Shown one piece after another: positions 48,301 to 58,267 of a DNA stretch of 64,000 nt. How positions within the stretch are numbered: position 1 is the first letter of the stretch; each line of letters starts with the position of its first letter. Origin of the DNA: a bacterium (GTDB taxonomy: Bacteria; Patescibacteriota; Minisyncoccia; Phycocordibacterales; UBA6899); assembly GCA_043736515.1 (NCBI GenBank), contig JAYTCK010000021.1, forward strand, positions 3,607 to 67,606. The letters run 5' to 3'. The notes under the pieces are model-generated. The model made no database searches, had not been told where the DNA came from, and saw nothing but the letters and a program-made list of their open reading frames with translations. Both the position numbers and the translations under genes were made by a program.

Positions 48301-51300
48301 CTCACGATCAGCATTTTTTGCGATTCCACGCGTATTTGCGTAGTTTCGATAGCGCTTCAATCCGGAGAGTACTTCCTCTTTTGATTTCCCCACGAGAGAG
48401 ATGAGCGAGACTCGTCTGGATTCATTGGGTCCGAGAGATATGTGTCCAACAAACGCCGCGACACTATCGAGTGTATGGAGGGGTAACTCCGCGTCTGCGC
48501 GAGTAAAATCCTGCAATATCATCGGAGGCGCTATTTCTTTTTTTGAACCAAAAAATACTTTTTTTTCTCTAATTGCTCGAAGATCCTGTATGGAGTGATC
48601 TGCCGTCAGTAGAAAACCCGCTACAATTTGTCGATTGCGGTCTTCAGGGTCTGGGCGCGAAGCGATGATTACAGAATTTCCCCAATGGACTTCTGTTGCT
48701 ACAAATAAATGCTCGTAATTAGGATGTGCAGATTCAGCATCTTTTTTTGAAAGTGAAAGTTCTGCACACACCCCGAATGAAAGCGACTCATCGCTTTCTC
48801 CGGTATTCGTCAGGGTTAATTCTCGCAATTCCCCCGCTTCCCCCGGGAGTACGGTTGCAACAAGCGATGAGTTAATACTTCCTTCTGATTTTTCAAACGT
48901 TACTGCTTGCTCACTTGCTGCAACTGCGTGTTTATCTCCCGCATCTCTCATTGGCATATACGTCGGAGACCACGTTTTACCGTGCGCTCGATCCCGTAAA
49001 TAAAAGAATGTACCAACGGATTCGCGGAGCATGTCAGCAGATGGACGCGTAATCAGTACATTACCCAAGTAACTCTCCCCCGCGCCTGTCGTCGTGATCC
49101 GAGACGAATATTTGTTACTGGAAAGAAATAGAGAAACTGCCTCATGGGTTTTCCAAGGGAGATATTGTCGCTCTGATTCAATAATTTTTGGCGCACGCCG
49201 AACACTTCTTTTTGGCGGAGCGATAAGATTAATTTCTTCCGCCTCTACGTCTTCGGGCATTTTTTCTTCAAATAATTGCGTTGCGACCTCCATTTCTGGT
49301 TCATGAGCAACCATTTTTTGCACCCATCCATCGGCGAGCGCATTCACAATTGATAAAAGAATGAATCCCTGATGGTGTGCATAATAGATTTGAGCGGGCA
49401 CACCGGGAGCGTCATGATGGTCTCCTCTTTTTCTTGCAGTAAAATCAATTGCGTCATAAAATCCATATCGACCAGATGCTCCGACATGTTCGAGATGTGC
49501 AAAATTCTGAAGTGCTCCCTTCGGATCAAGCGAGAGAGCGAGAGCGCTCGTATACGGAGCGACAACAATCGATTCCGAGAGATCGCGCTTAAAGCCGAGT
49601 GAAGCTTCACCGAATGCCTGATAGTGATAATTCTGAGCGGCATCTTGTCGTGATGAAGCAGATTCACCCATCCCCCAAGGAATCCTGTATTGTTTTGCAA
49701 ATCCGCGGTGAGCGGCAATGGCGCGCCGTGCAGACGTGCCCCAAAAGCTTTCGCGGGGTACATCAAAATAGAGCAGTGTCCCTAAATACTCAAAGAGTGA
49801 GCCTGCCCATGAGGCAACAAGGATATCGCCATTTCCGCTTTTGATTAATTTTCTCCCAAGATATCCCCAATGTTTTTGCGGTACATCCCTCTTGGTAATG
49901 GCAATAATACTGGCTGAGTTTGCTTCAGATGCCAATAGGTCATAAAATGCCTCGTCTAATTTTTCTGTTGTGCTGTTAAACCCGATATGGAAGAGCCCGC
50001 GCTCATTATTATAAAGAAACTTGAAATCCATGTTTTTGACATAGAGACTGGCGCTTGCTGCGCAAACGTGAAGTGACTGCTGAATTTTCTTTGTATTTTT
50101 TTCTGATGCCGAAAGCTGAAAAAGCACCTCCGCATACCATGCGCGGGCGGTTTCTTTCTCGGGACCCGGAAGACTGGAGAGCATGATCGCTTCCTCCATT
50201 TCGACTGACTCAATTTCTCGACGAACAATACCATTGGCCAGTTCATCGATATTTGGCATTCGTTGTAAAATCGATAAAATTCGGAGATAGCATGCATGCA
50301 ACTTGGGATCATTCACTACCGCTGAAACAGCGGGAATCATTGTGTAGCCCAGGAACTGGGAAATAGTATCTCGGTAAACGCTCGCCATCGCCTCCACGTG
50401 TCTAGCGGCAAGAAATACTTCATCGAAACGTTCGGTTTTCCCCTCAAGTCGCAATATTTCAAGTGCATTTCTTGTGCGTACAGAATGATGGATGATTCCA
50501 CTCCACACCAAGTCACCGCCTCGCGCAGTTACGGCATCGTTTCCTGTTTTTTGAATAAGTGTGAGCGATTCTCCAACCGACAGCTTTACCTCCTCAAGTA
50601 GCTTCCGCTCATGACGATCGGTTGAAGCTGCCGTGCTTGTCCGATCACACGCTTCCAAAAGCACATGGAGCTCTGCTTCAAGCCCTTCAAACATAACGTT
50701 GCTGATAATTGGAGCTCGACACGCCTCAAGTAATGCTCCGTGAACCGCGACCAAAGAGAGTGCTAAATTTGCACTATCAACACTTGAAACATAACACGGT
50801 GGGAGAGGAGTAAGTCCCTTTAATTCGTACCAATTAAAAAAGTGTCCTTTGTGGAGTGGCATTTTTTCCATAGTTGCAAAGGCACGGCTTATACGTTCGC
50901 AATATTCAGAGATTGACGAAAGTCCTAACACTCTTCCGCCCGATAGCGAGAGAAGATACATGCCGAGATTGGTCGGTGAAATTCCAAGTCCGTGTGAGTG
51001 ACGCTTACTTGGCGGCTCTTCCTGGAGATGGTCGGGCACAAGCCACTGGTCATTTTTAGTAGGGAGATCAAGAAAAAACCAATGTGTGCGTGCAGCGATT
51101 TTGTGCAAATACAAACGATCACTTTTCGAAAAGACAAAAGTATTTTTATAAGAAAAACTTATTATTGCCGCACAAAATGGCGCACAAAGCCAGACAAAGA
51201 TCCACAGAGTAGCAAGAGGATCGTAAATGCTGCCTCTGTGGAATTCAAAATACACCAGCAGGAGAGCGAGGCAGATACTTTGCCACATAAATGTCATAAA

Positions 51301-54075
51301 AACTGTAACAGAATTTTTTCGCTCTAAAGCCACCGCATAGGCAGTCTGCCACTCAAGCAGTTTCTTTTTTGAAACATATAATCGCCACATACTTCGTGCG
51401 ATTGCGTCGAGGGTGATGATGGCATTGTGGAGGACAAACGCACCAAGAAGAAACGTCTTTGCTGAGGCAACTCCCAGCCCCGCGGCCATTGATTTGAATC
51501 TTGCAAAAAAGCTTACTGTTCTGCGCCAGTTTGTGGTCCGTTCAGTAATGTGGAGCAGCGCCGAAACCAGCTGTCCGGAACCAAGTGCGAGGAGTGCGGT
51601 CATACTCCACAGTGAGACCGCCGTCGGAGAAAATGTTGAAAATACCACAGCAATGACCGCCGTAACAGGGATGAGACTGCGTCGTAGATTGTCAAAAATA
51701 CGATAGCGGGCAATGGGAGAAAATATCTCACCACGTTTTAAAAGCCAGTTAATTATCTGCCAATCTCCGCGAATCCATCGATGCAAACGCTGCATGTGCT
51801 CCCGATAATTCGACGGAAATCCTTCAAAAATATGCGCACCACTCGCGATTCCCACTCGTGCATACAAGCCCTCAAGTAGATCATGCGACAGCACAGTATT
51901 TTCCGGCATACGGTCTGCCATTGTTGTTTCAATAGCATCAATATCGTAAATCCCTTTTCCATAAAATATTCCCTCGTTGAAAAGATCCTGATGGAGATCA
52001 GAAACGAGTGAAGAATATGACTCAATCCCAGGAAAACCACCAAAGAGCTGTGAGAATAAAGACGCCGACCCCTCAGCATGGCGGAGTGCGGTTCGCGGTT
52101 GGATGATACCGTATCCCTCAGTAACTATATTTTTCTCCTTATCAATAACTGGGCGATTGAGTGGATGCTCGATTGTCCCAATAAGTGCTTGAGCTGAATC
52201 ACGAACAAGCTCAGTGTCTTCATCAAGAGTTATGATATAACGCACACCGCCCAAATTCTGTGCCGTCATTTGTGCATCCTCCGCATACGATGTTGTTTTT
52301 CCGCGGAGGAGGCCGTTAAACTCACGAAGCTTTCCTCTTTTGCGCTCCCACCCCATAAATACTTTTTCTGCAGGGTTCCATTTTCGCGACCGGTAGAATA
52401 ATGAAAAACGTGTGGGAAGTGAGGGATAACGCGCATTAAGCAGTGCGATTCCTTCCCGGAGTTCATTAACACTTGCTGCATCATCCGGCATTATTTCTTG
52501 CTCTGCATCCTGAAAATCCATCAAAAGCGCATAAAAAATATTTGCGTCATTGTTTGCAACAAAGTTTGTTTCCATTCTCCGCAGTAATTTTTGTGCAGAC
52601 ACACTGTTCCGAAACATTGATGGCACAACTACAACGGTTTTTCGTAAGCTTCCCACTCCCAAAGTGAGGTCGATGGCAGGCAGGGGCTTGGGCGCGAGAA
52701 GCCGTGTGAGCAAAAAATGAGTGAGTGCAGTCGCTATCTCTGAGGTGAGAACGGGTCCAGCAAGCAACAGGACGAGAAATGGAAGCGGGGCGAGCCCTGT
52801 TGTGACACTTAACAGTAGAAGGATGCCAGTGGCACACACGGTGATGGTGCCAATGAATCCGAGATACACTCTTGTGCTATTTGTAAGTATGAATCTTTGG
52901 ATCACATCAAGTGTTGTGGGTGAATACCCCAGTGCGTGTTCAAGGAGCAGCACACCTTTATCTATAAGGTAATACCCTACATGATAGGATCGTTGTGATT
53001 CATCTTTTTGAAGCTCAAAGGCCTGTCGCGCGAGACGGAGTGCCTCGCGTGCAACCTCGATATCGTGAGTGCTGGTTCCGTCTCCTATACGCGCTATTGT
53101 TCGTCTGTACATTGAGCGGGCATCGTCAGTAAGTAGCAAAAATGTACCGGAGGGATCCTTGGCAAGCACTGCATCCACCATGTTGAGTTCAAGCGAAATT
53201 TTATCCCACCGCACTTGGGCAAGATAGCGCAAACTGGAAATGGCATTTGAAATAATCACTGCCTGTGCTTTCTCAGTACGGGATTTCATTGTGGAAAGTT
53301 GCGCATAACTCGCTCCTTGTTTTGCCAAGGAAAGCTTGAGCCATTTACTTACCATACGCACGTCGCCTTCTTTTCCTGTTTGCGCCAAGCGATGTAAAAG
53401 GTGGAGTCCAAATACTTGCGGAACAATAGTGTACTCAAGAGCGAGCACTGCCGTGAGTTTGCGAAGCCGGAGAGGTGCGTCCTTGCGCAATGATGTACTC
53501 ATGATGCGGAGATACCATCGGTCCGCCTCAGACTTTTCTTGCAGGACAGAAATATTTATGTTGATGAGCCTCCGCAAGTCCTCGATAAGCGCGAAGGAGA
53601 GCATACTGGGAAAGACATCAAGCTCGCGCAAAGAGAGCGGAGTACTTTTTTGATATGCTTTTAAAAATTCTATAAGTATTTCACGATCAATACGAGCACC
53701 GGTTTCTTTCACCAGTGCGCGAGCAATCATATACACACGCGGCTGTTTTGCCCCTTCGGTGTCTGTTGATTGAGGTATCCGAAACGTTATTTTTTGTTTC
53801 CAATTCGCGAGCAGTTCGGCTAACGCACCTTCGATAATGTAGAAATTATCAAGGAGGACTTCGATTCCCTGAGTGGCCTGTACACGTTCATTGAGATTAA
53901 AAAGGAGCTCGCGATACGCAGAGCGCGTGCTCATAAGTGTTTTTCTTGCCTTGTGAGCAAAAAACAACGTCCGACGTTCATCGAATGAGAGTTGCGCTGA
54001 TAATGCGAGGTCCTTTGCAAGACGATCGATACCACGCGCCGATGAACGACCGGAACGCATTCCAACCATATGCAC
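45313..54075 (-). CDS. Cyclic beta-1,2-glucan synthase (Cgs/ChvB/NdvB)-like giant multidomain protein
   Basis: 2920 aa (8763 nt). Cytoplasmic N-terminal region, then TM helices (aa ~400-465 and 780-1000). GT-A like domain (aa ~470-775) with ITLDEDTEL and HRWIRGDWQ motifs. YVSSVDSANLA motif. C-terminal ~900 aa with GH94 glycoside-phosphorylase-like pattern (DGMNRVGVEGEGESVWLAWF...), ending in the typical GH94 beta-sandwich tail. Confidence 0.8.
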   Translation of the reverse strand: MHMVGMRSGRSSARGIDRLAKDLALSAQLSFDERRTLFFAHKARKTLMSTRSAYRELLFNLNERVQATQGIEVLLDNFYIIEGALAELLANWKQKITFRIPQSTDTEGAKQPRVYMIARALVKETGARIDREILIEFLKAYQKSTPLSLRELDVFPSMLSFALIEDLRRLININISVLQEKSEADRWYLRIMSTSLRKDAPLRLRKLTAVLALEYTIVPQVFGLHLLHRLAQTGKEGDVRMVSKWLKLSLAKQGASYAQLSTMKSRTEKAQAVIISNAISSLRYLAQVRWDKISLELNMVDAVLAKDPSGTFLLLTDDARSMYRRTIARIGDGTSTHDIEVAREALRLARQAFELQKDESQRSYHVGYYLIDKGVLLLEHALGYSPTTLDVIQRFILTNSTRVYLGFIGTITVCATGILLLLSVTTGLAPLPFLVLLLAGPVLTSEIATALTHFLLTRLLAPKPLPAIDLTLGVGSLRKTVVVVPSMFRNSVSAQKLLRRMETNFVANNDANIFYALLMDFQDAEQEIMPDDAASVNELREGIALLNARYPSLPTRFSLFYRSRKWNPAEKVFMGWERKRGKLREFNGLLRGKTTSYAEDAQMTAQNLGGVRYIITLDEDTELVRDSAQALIGTIEHPLNRPVIDKEKNIVTEGYGIIQPRTALRHAEGSASLFSQLFGGFPGIESYSSLVSDLHQDLFNEGIFYGKGIYDIDAIETTMADRMPENTVLSHDLLEGLYARVGIASGAHIFEGFPSNYREHMQRLHRWIRGDWQIINWLLKRGEIFSPIARYRIFDNLRRSLIPVTAVIAVVFSTFSPTAVSLWSMTALLALGSGQLVSALLHITERTTNWRRTVSFFARFKSMAAGLGVASAKTFLLGAFVLHNAIITLDAIARSMWRLYVSKKKLLEWQTAYAVALERKNSVTVFMTFMWQSICLALLLVYFEFHRGSIYDPLATLWIFVWLCAPFCAAIISFSYKNTFVFSKSDRLYLHKIAARTHWFFLDLPTKNDQWLVPDHLQEEPPSKRHSHGLGISPTNLGMYLLSLSGGRVLGLSSISEYCERISRAFATMEKMPLHKGHFFNWYELKGLTPLPPCYVSSVDSANLALSLVAVHGALLEACRAPIISNVMFEGLEAELHVLLEACDRTSTAASTDRHERKLLEEVKLSVGESLTLIQKTGNDAVTARGGDLVWSGIIHHSVRTRNALEILRLEGKTERFDEVFLAARHVEAMASVYRDTISQFLGYTMIPAVSAVVNDPKLHACYLRILSILQRMPNIDELANGIVRREIESVEMEEAIMLSSLPGPEKETARAWYAEVLFQLSASEKNTKKIQQSLHVCAASASLYVKNMDFKFLYNNERGLFHIGFNSTTEKLDEAFYDLLASEANSASIIAITKRDVPQKHWGYLGRKLIKSGNGDILVASWAGSLFEYLGTLLYFDVPRESFWGTSARRAIAAHRGFAKQYRIPWGMGESASSRQDAAQNYHYQAFGEASLGFKRDLSESIVVAPYTSALALSLDPKGALQNFAHLEHVGASGRYGFYDAIDFTARKRGDHHDAPGVPAQIYYAHHQGFILLSIVNALADGWVQKMVAHEPEMEVATQLFEEKMPEDVEAEEINLIAPPKRSVRRAPKIIESERQYLPWKTHEAVSLFLSSNKYSSRITTTGAGESYLGNVLITRPSADMLRESVGTFFYLRDRAHGKTWSPTYMPMRDAGDKHAVAASEQAVTFEKSEGSINSSLVATVLPGEAGELRELTLTNTGESDESLSFGVCAELSLSKKDAESAHPNYEHLFVATEVHWGNSVIIASRPDPEDRNRQIVAGFLLTADHSIQDLRAIREKKVFFGSKKEIAPPMILQDFTRADAELPLHTLDSVAAFVGHISLGPNESRRVSLISLVGKSKEEVLSGLKRYRNYANTRGIAKNADREGGRLLSEYGISSSQAHAYSTLASLALSRAMKRGKDVESDARPWVLSLWKMSISGNRPIILFTVTGVTDLPMVRQMLSCHAYFVKKGIPVDIVIFNEHSGGYLKTFEDEVDFLMNMHRSHDERSVSTVFHARAEQLSEIERAAVLHTASVVIDAKKGSLIDAITLLERKGAHAYPPKLETQKDPDISDETFMRRDKNDLQFFNGVGGYDKAQKEYVIFYGKNIQPPRPWSHIVANSHIGFLATDRGMSFTWATNSYDNKLTVPYNDPLAQFTSEAIYLRDEETGVCASPLPLLGEENAEYEIRYGINYCTYLTHAFGITLELTLYIDDRVAIKYYRVKLTNNTGNNKILSLFGYFELLLGSLAQETKKHFSFEIQSGNTLVASQNYWHQFVEKRTIVGIVTGADEFSVSREEFLGRNGTINDPAALKRIGLSSDIVSEEEPAAVLMKRLSLEPGESKEATFFLGECNVADLEKTISQITEKGYAEQVLKKTRHKWEMAPFLKFDLPDPTLTLLANHFLPEQVIASRVHARLGFYQIGGAYGYRDQLQDGLAMLWLDSAWTRSHILAAAAHQFREGDALSWWQPHNDFGARTRLSDPHLWLPHVVLRYVQFTGDSAILDEVVPYLSGDIPDKADRPSIVGVFLPSDEKSSLYEHCIRAVEHSLTSGSHGLPLMGQADWNDGMNRVGVEGEGESVWLAWFLISILDEMSTLTEGRGDSDRANRYRAHATEYREALQKSGWDGKWYRRAFTDTGAPVGTNHAKSFRIDSVAQSWAYFANGKTKESIEALESAKHELGITKGHIPLAWPPSSRSLLDMGTISDYPPGVRENASQYNHAALWLAQALFASGDPDGGMAVVDAVNPFKRSDTAEKSLLYQGEPYVVAAEVYSTPTYPGRAGWTWYTASAGVLYRTICEYILGIKREGNLLSFSPSFPKGWNHASALLPYGKSQYNLKFEAIEGDDEIMEIFEDGVKHPTTAVKMVDDKRSHEIIIRFKRKTK

Positions 54076-54195
54076 TAACTATAGCACTCAAGGGCACGAA
54101 AGCAACGCATGTCAATCACCAAAAATTCATCATTCTTTTGGCAAGAGTACTGAAGAGCTAGTATGAGCCTCATGCTCGTGTACGCAACCATGAAA

Positions 54196-54226
54196 AAAGA
54201 CCCTCTCACCGAGGGTCTTTTTCTGT
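54196..54226. terminator. Bidirectional rho-independent terminator between the GH gene and the Cgs-like gene
   Basis: aaaaaagaccctc-tcacc-gagggtcttttt. Confidence 0.6.
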
Positions 54227-54270
54227 AACAGTTTTTAATTACTGAGGTTATTCGTTTATCATCATGCACT

Positions 54271-57200
54271 CTAGTAGACAACTGTCTTGAATGCATTAAT
54301 TTTTATATCTCCAGTGCCATGTACTGCCTCACTTCCAAATTCTATTGAAGCGAGGTACTCCGAGCCTGAGATATGTCCACGTGACTGTAGGTAATTGAAG
54401 AGAGGCTTGAACTCAAGTGAGCCTACTGGCATTGGGTCGAGCATTTGGAATACGAGGAATCCCCAATTCAACGGCCCAAAGTTATCTGCACGATAAAATG
54501 CATAACGCACTCCATCAATAGTGATATTCTCTCTAAACCATGCAGGATTTCTATCAAGACCGTACCCTCCATATGGCACAAGCGCAACCATTATTTCATG
54601 AGTAATTGGTGCTGAGAGGAATCCGGGGCGGTACACTCCGTCACGAGTGAGCCAAAGGTCAAAGGTAAGTTGCCCTGTTCCCGTGGTCACATTCGTTGTG
54701 TTCCATGTACTGCGCGCTGATGTAATCGAGCTGAGGGGGCGTGCAAGTGTAGATCCGGGAGTTGATTGAAATCCAGGTTTCTGTCCGAAGATGATGGAGG
54801 GCCATCCCTTCACCTCGTTTGGACCGTCAGGCCACTGCCAAGTGAAGCGAGCAGTCATGGAGCCATCTGCAGTGAGTCCTGCTGTTCCTGTGCACTGCTC
54901 AAACCATCCCCAGACTCCTTGTTTGCCCCATTGATCATTCAAGAGTTTATATGAACCTACATCATTAATATTTCCATCGTTGCAATTAACAGGAATATTA
55001 CTTATTGGCGCAACCCATCCGCCAGTTGCGGGGGCGGGCGACGGAGCAGGAGCGGGCGTAAATGCAGCTTCCCATGTTGTCCCGTTCCAGTTATACCAAG
55101 CGCCCGCCGTATTCTGATGTGAGATAGTTGTTCCATCATATTTGACCTTGGCGGTGTTTGCAGTAAATCCTGCGTTGGCGCCATTACGTTTGACCTCTCC
55201 ATTCACTACCGTCCATGTATTTCCTTGGACGTCCCTGATACTCGTCGCGGGAGGAATGGTGACTTCAAGTGGATTGGTGGTTCCCACCCATCCTGCACCA
55301 TCCCATGACCACCATCCACCCGCAGAGTTCTGATGGTAGATTGTTGTTCCATTGAAGTGGAGCTTGGTGACGTTTGCAGTGAAGTTTGCATTGACGCCAT
55401 TGCGTTGTACGGTGCTATTCACGATTGTCCACGTATTCTTTGTAGCATCGATAATGTTTGCTGCTGGTGGAACGGTGGTTCCTGCGGGAGAGGTGACGGC
55501 TGTTGGTGTTGCGCCCCCCGTTGGGTTTCCTGTTGCCACCCACGTTACTCCATCCCATAGCCACCATCCTCCAGCTGAATTTTGTTGGAACACTGTTGTT
55601 CCGTCAAAATAGAGATTTGTGACATTGAGACTGTAGCCTGCATTGACTCCGTTGCGCTTCACTACACCCAGGGCGACTGTCCACGTATTCTTTGTAGCAT
55701 CAATAATGCTTGTCGCGGGAGGAATGTTGGTGCCTTTTGGTGAGGTGGTGACGGTACTAGCCGTTGTGGCTGTTGTTGTTTGAGCCACAGGACCCGACAG
55801 CACACTCAATGATGGTGTGTACGCCGAAACTCCACCTGAGGTAGTCATGGCGCGTACGCGATACGTATAGAATGTCGAAGAAACGAGTCCTGCATTGATA
55901 AAGGTTGTTCCTGTGTTTGTTCTGATTTGCGTGAACGTCGTACATCCCATTCCCTGACAGCGCTCAATGAAATAGCCATTCGCTCCAACAGTTGCGTTCC
56001 ATGTGAGTGTAATTTCGGAAGGCGTCACTAGGGTGACACGCAGTCCCGTAGGAGTTGGAAGAGTTGGTGCGGGTGCGGGTGCGGGAGTTGGTACAACAGC
56101 TCCCATTGGATTGGTTGCGGTATATACCCATCCTGTTCCGTCCCATGAATACCACTGTGCGGAAGTATTCTCATGGAATATGGTGGTTCCATTAAAGTAG
56201 AGCTTGGTTGCATTGGCGGTAAAGCCCGCATTGACTCCGTTGCGCTTCACTACACCCAGGGCGACTGTCCACGTATTCTTTGTAGCATCAATAATGCTTG
56301 TTGCAGGAGGAACTATTGTTCCTGCGGGAGAAGTGACGAGTGTAGGGTCTGGAGCTGGGGCGGGAGTAGGAGTAGGAGTTGGAGTAGGAGTAGGGGTAGG
56401 GGCCGAAGACTGCGAAGAAGGATGCCACCAATTCCCTGAAGCGACGATTAGACTGAGAATCTGCAACTCGTTTGAATAGTAGCCGCCAGAAATATTTGGA
56501 CTCATGCGGCCCCAAAGAGTGTTCAGCATATCCTGATATACAGGATCCACCATGGCACCAGCTGTATTTGGACCAGCGAACGAAAAGTCAACATACCCTG
56601 CATTAGTGAGAGGCGTACCATCGAGCTTAAAGCCACCTCGAAGATAATTAGGATTACCGCCTGGAGATTGTTGCATAAAGTTCATGATCTTCATCGTCAC
56701 GTTCTTACTGCGCGCATCACCCGAGGTCACATAGTCTGCGGCCAATCTGAATGGAATACGGTTGGAATTCCAGTCATAGTAGCCTTCAACGCAAGATCCG
56801 TCGCCTCTGCAATTTGTAGAAGGATTGGGGTTGCTGGGAAGACCTTGAATAAATCCAGGAACCAGACCTGTGTTCGGCGCGAAGTTCGTCTGCATCACGT
56901 TAAAAAGTTCAAAGGATTTATTGATAGCTAGATCCCAGAATGGATCACCCGTTGCTTCTTTATAGGTGCGGAAATGACCTATCATATAGTCGGAAGGTCG
57001 CGAAAGATCTTGGTGCGCTTGGCGACCATCTGCAGCAAAATTAAACTTTTTTATCGCGTTGATCGTTCTAATGGCCTCTGCCCTGTAGTTAATAGGGCCA
57101 GCGGATCCCCACTGTACGTCAGCCATGAGCAGTGCCTGCGCAATATCCATGTCGCCGTCTGACGCGTTCCACCCGCCGCCGTAGCTGCCGCACTGGTGGT

Positions 57201-58044
57201 TGATCGCCCATTCCATCAGCGCAGGATCTCTGCTGTAGGCCGGATGAGCACGTGCGAACCGGAAAAGTGAATCAAACTTGTTGCGTGCGTCAGGGTCATG
57301 TCCCGCCATGATGACGGTTATTAACATTCCGTATGAGATTCCCTCCGATACTACTAATTTGTTGGCATCAGGACTAAATCTGACGTATAAATTACCACCG
57401 CAGGTGCCTAGAGCTGTTGCGGCCCATTGATTGTACAGATTCTTGACCGCATTATCCTGATTTGCCTGCGACACATTATTTGGTCGAATACCTGCGATAT
57501 AGGAGGCTTTGTGAGAACCAAATAGGTAACCGCTTCCTGAAGCAGGAGAAGTTGCGGGAGCTCCTGTATCGGTTGAGAGCGTTGGGGATGACAAAGGACT
57601 ACTTACCGTCCCTGAAACTACGGAAAATGTTTTAGGTGTCACATAGAGATAGGTCGTAGCCCACGTAGAATTCCAAACTCCCACCTGCATGGTATACGTG
57701 CCAGGGGGCAGATTTACGGGAGATTGGTAGTCATATATGAACTTTACATTTGTCCCCGCTGGGATACTTGCGCCCGCAAAGTTCTTCCTGGAGATAAGGT
57801 TATTACTGGAGTTATAAATACGGATTTCAACAATAAGATTGGAGAGGCTTGTTGCTGAATGAATTGTTGCACTAGTGTTTTGAATAGCTCCGGCAGTTAG
57901 CGGATTTTTTGAAACTGAAGAACTCACGAGGGTAACTGAGGCTGTTTGTGCAGCTGCAGTTTGCAATCCTGTAAAAAAGAGTCCTGCGATAACGACGAAA
58001 ATGGAAAGCAGCGTGAGGCTAACTGATCCGCGATAAGTATTCAT
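54271..58044 (-). CDS. Secreted multidomain glycoside hydrolase: signal peptide, beta-sandwich, GH8, PT-linker, ~75-aa repeats and FN3, C-terminal GH12
   Basis: 1257 aa. Signal peptide. GH8 catalytic SEGISYGM plus a perfect PROSITE GH8 signature ASDGDMDIAQALLMADVQW (aa ~293-311). PTPTPTPTPTPAPAP linker. Five IIDATKNTWTV..RNGVNA..GTT..WWSWDG..W repeats. FN3 (LTWNATVGANGYFIER..YTYRVRA). C-terminal GH12 (LNDQWG, WQWPDGPNEVKGWPS, nucleophile HEIMVAL, acid/base IEFGSE). Confidence 0.75.
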   Translation of the reverse strand: MNTYRGSVSLTLLSIFVVIAGLFFTGLQTAAAQTASVTLVSSSVSKNPLTAGAIQNTSATIHSATSLSNLIVEIRIYNSSNNLISRKNFAGASIPAGTNVKFIYDYQSPVNLPPGTYTMQVGVWNSTWATTYLYVTPKTFSVVSGTVSSPLSSPTLSTDTGAPATSPASGSGYLFGSHKASYIAGIRPNNVSQANQDNAVKNLYNQWAATALGTCGGNLYVRFSPDANKLVVSEGISYGMLITVIMAGHDPDARNKFDSLFRFARAHPAYSRDPALMEWAINHQCGSYGGGWNASDGDMDIAQALLMADVQWGSAGPINYRAEAIRTINAIKKFNFAADGRQAHQDLSRPSDYMIGHFRTYKEATGDPFWDLAINKSFELFNVMQTNFAPNTGLVPGFIQGLPSNPNPSTNCRGDGSCVEGYYDWNSNRIPFRLAADYVTSGDARSKNVTMKIMNFMQQSPGGNPNYLRGGFKLDGTPLTNAGYVDFSFAGPNTAGAMVDPVYQDMLNTLWGRMSPNISGGYYSNELQILSLIVASGNWWHPSSQSSAPTPTPTPTPTPTPAPAPDPTLVTSPAGTIVPPATSIIDATKNTWTVALGVVKRNGVNAGFTANATKLYFNGTTIFHENTSAQWYSWDGTGWVYTATNPMGAVVPTPAPAPAPTLPTPTGLRVTLVTPSEITLTWNATVGANGYFIERCQGMGCTTFTQIRTNTGTTFINAGLVSSTFYTYRVRAMTTSGGVSAYTPSLSVLSGPVAQTTTATTASTVTTSPKGTNIPPATSIIDATKNTWTVALGVVKRNGVNAGYSLNVTNLYFDGTTVFQQNSAGGWWLWDGVTWVATGNPTGGATPTAVTSPAGTTVPPAANIIDATKNTWTIVNSTVQRNGVNANFTANVTKLHFNGTTIYHQNSAGGWWSWDGAGWVGTTNPLEVTIPPATSIRDVQGNTWTVVNGEVKRNGANAGFTANTAKVKYDGTTISHQNTAGAWYNWNGTTWEAAFTPAPAPSPAPATGGWVAPISNIPVNCNDGNINDVGSYKLLNDQWGKQGVWGWFEQCTGTAGLTADGSMTARFTWQWPDGPNEVKGWPSIIFGQKPGFQSTPGSTLARPLSSITSARSTWNTTNVTTGTGQLTFDLWLTRDGVYRPGFLSAPITHEIMVALVPYGGYGLDRNPAWFRENITIDGVRYAFYRADNFGPLNWGFLVFQMLDPMPVGSLEFKPLFNYLQSRGHISGSEYLASIEFGSEAVHGTGDIKINAFKTVVY

Positions 58045-58267
58045 AATTCCAGTAAGTTAAATAATATATGAACTTAATTATACGTTATGAAAATGCAATT
58101 TAATATTGAGTTGTGGATAACTGTTATTTTTATCCCACTTTCCTGAAAAGTGAACATCATGAATACAAAAACACCCCAGGCTGACCTGAACTGTTTTTGT
58201 TTCAAAACTCCTTCAAGCGGAGAATTTGATCGTTTTAATCATCCTTACCCCGGATGAGCGGTGATCG

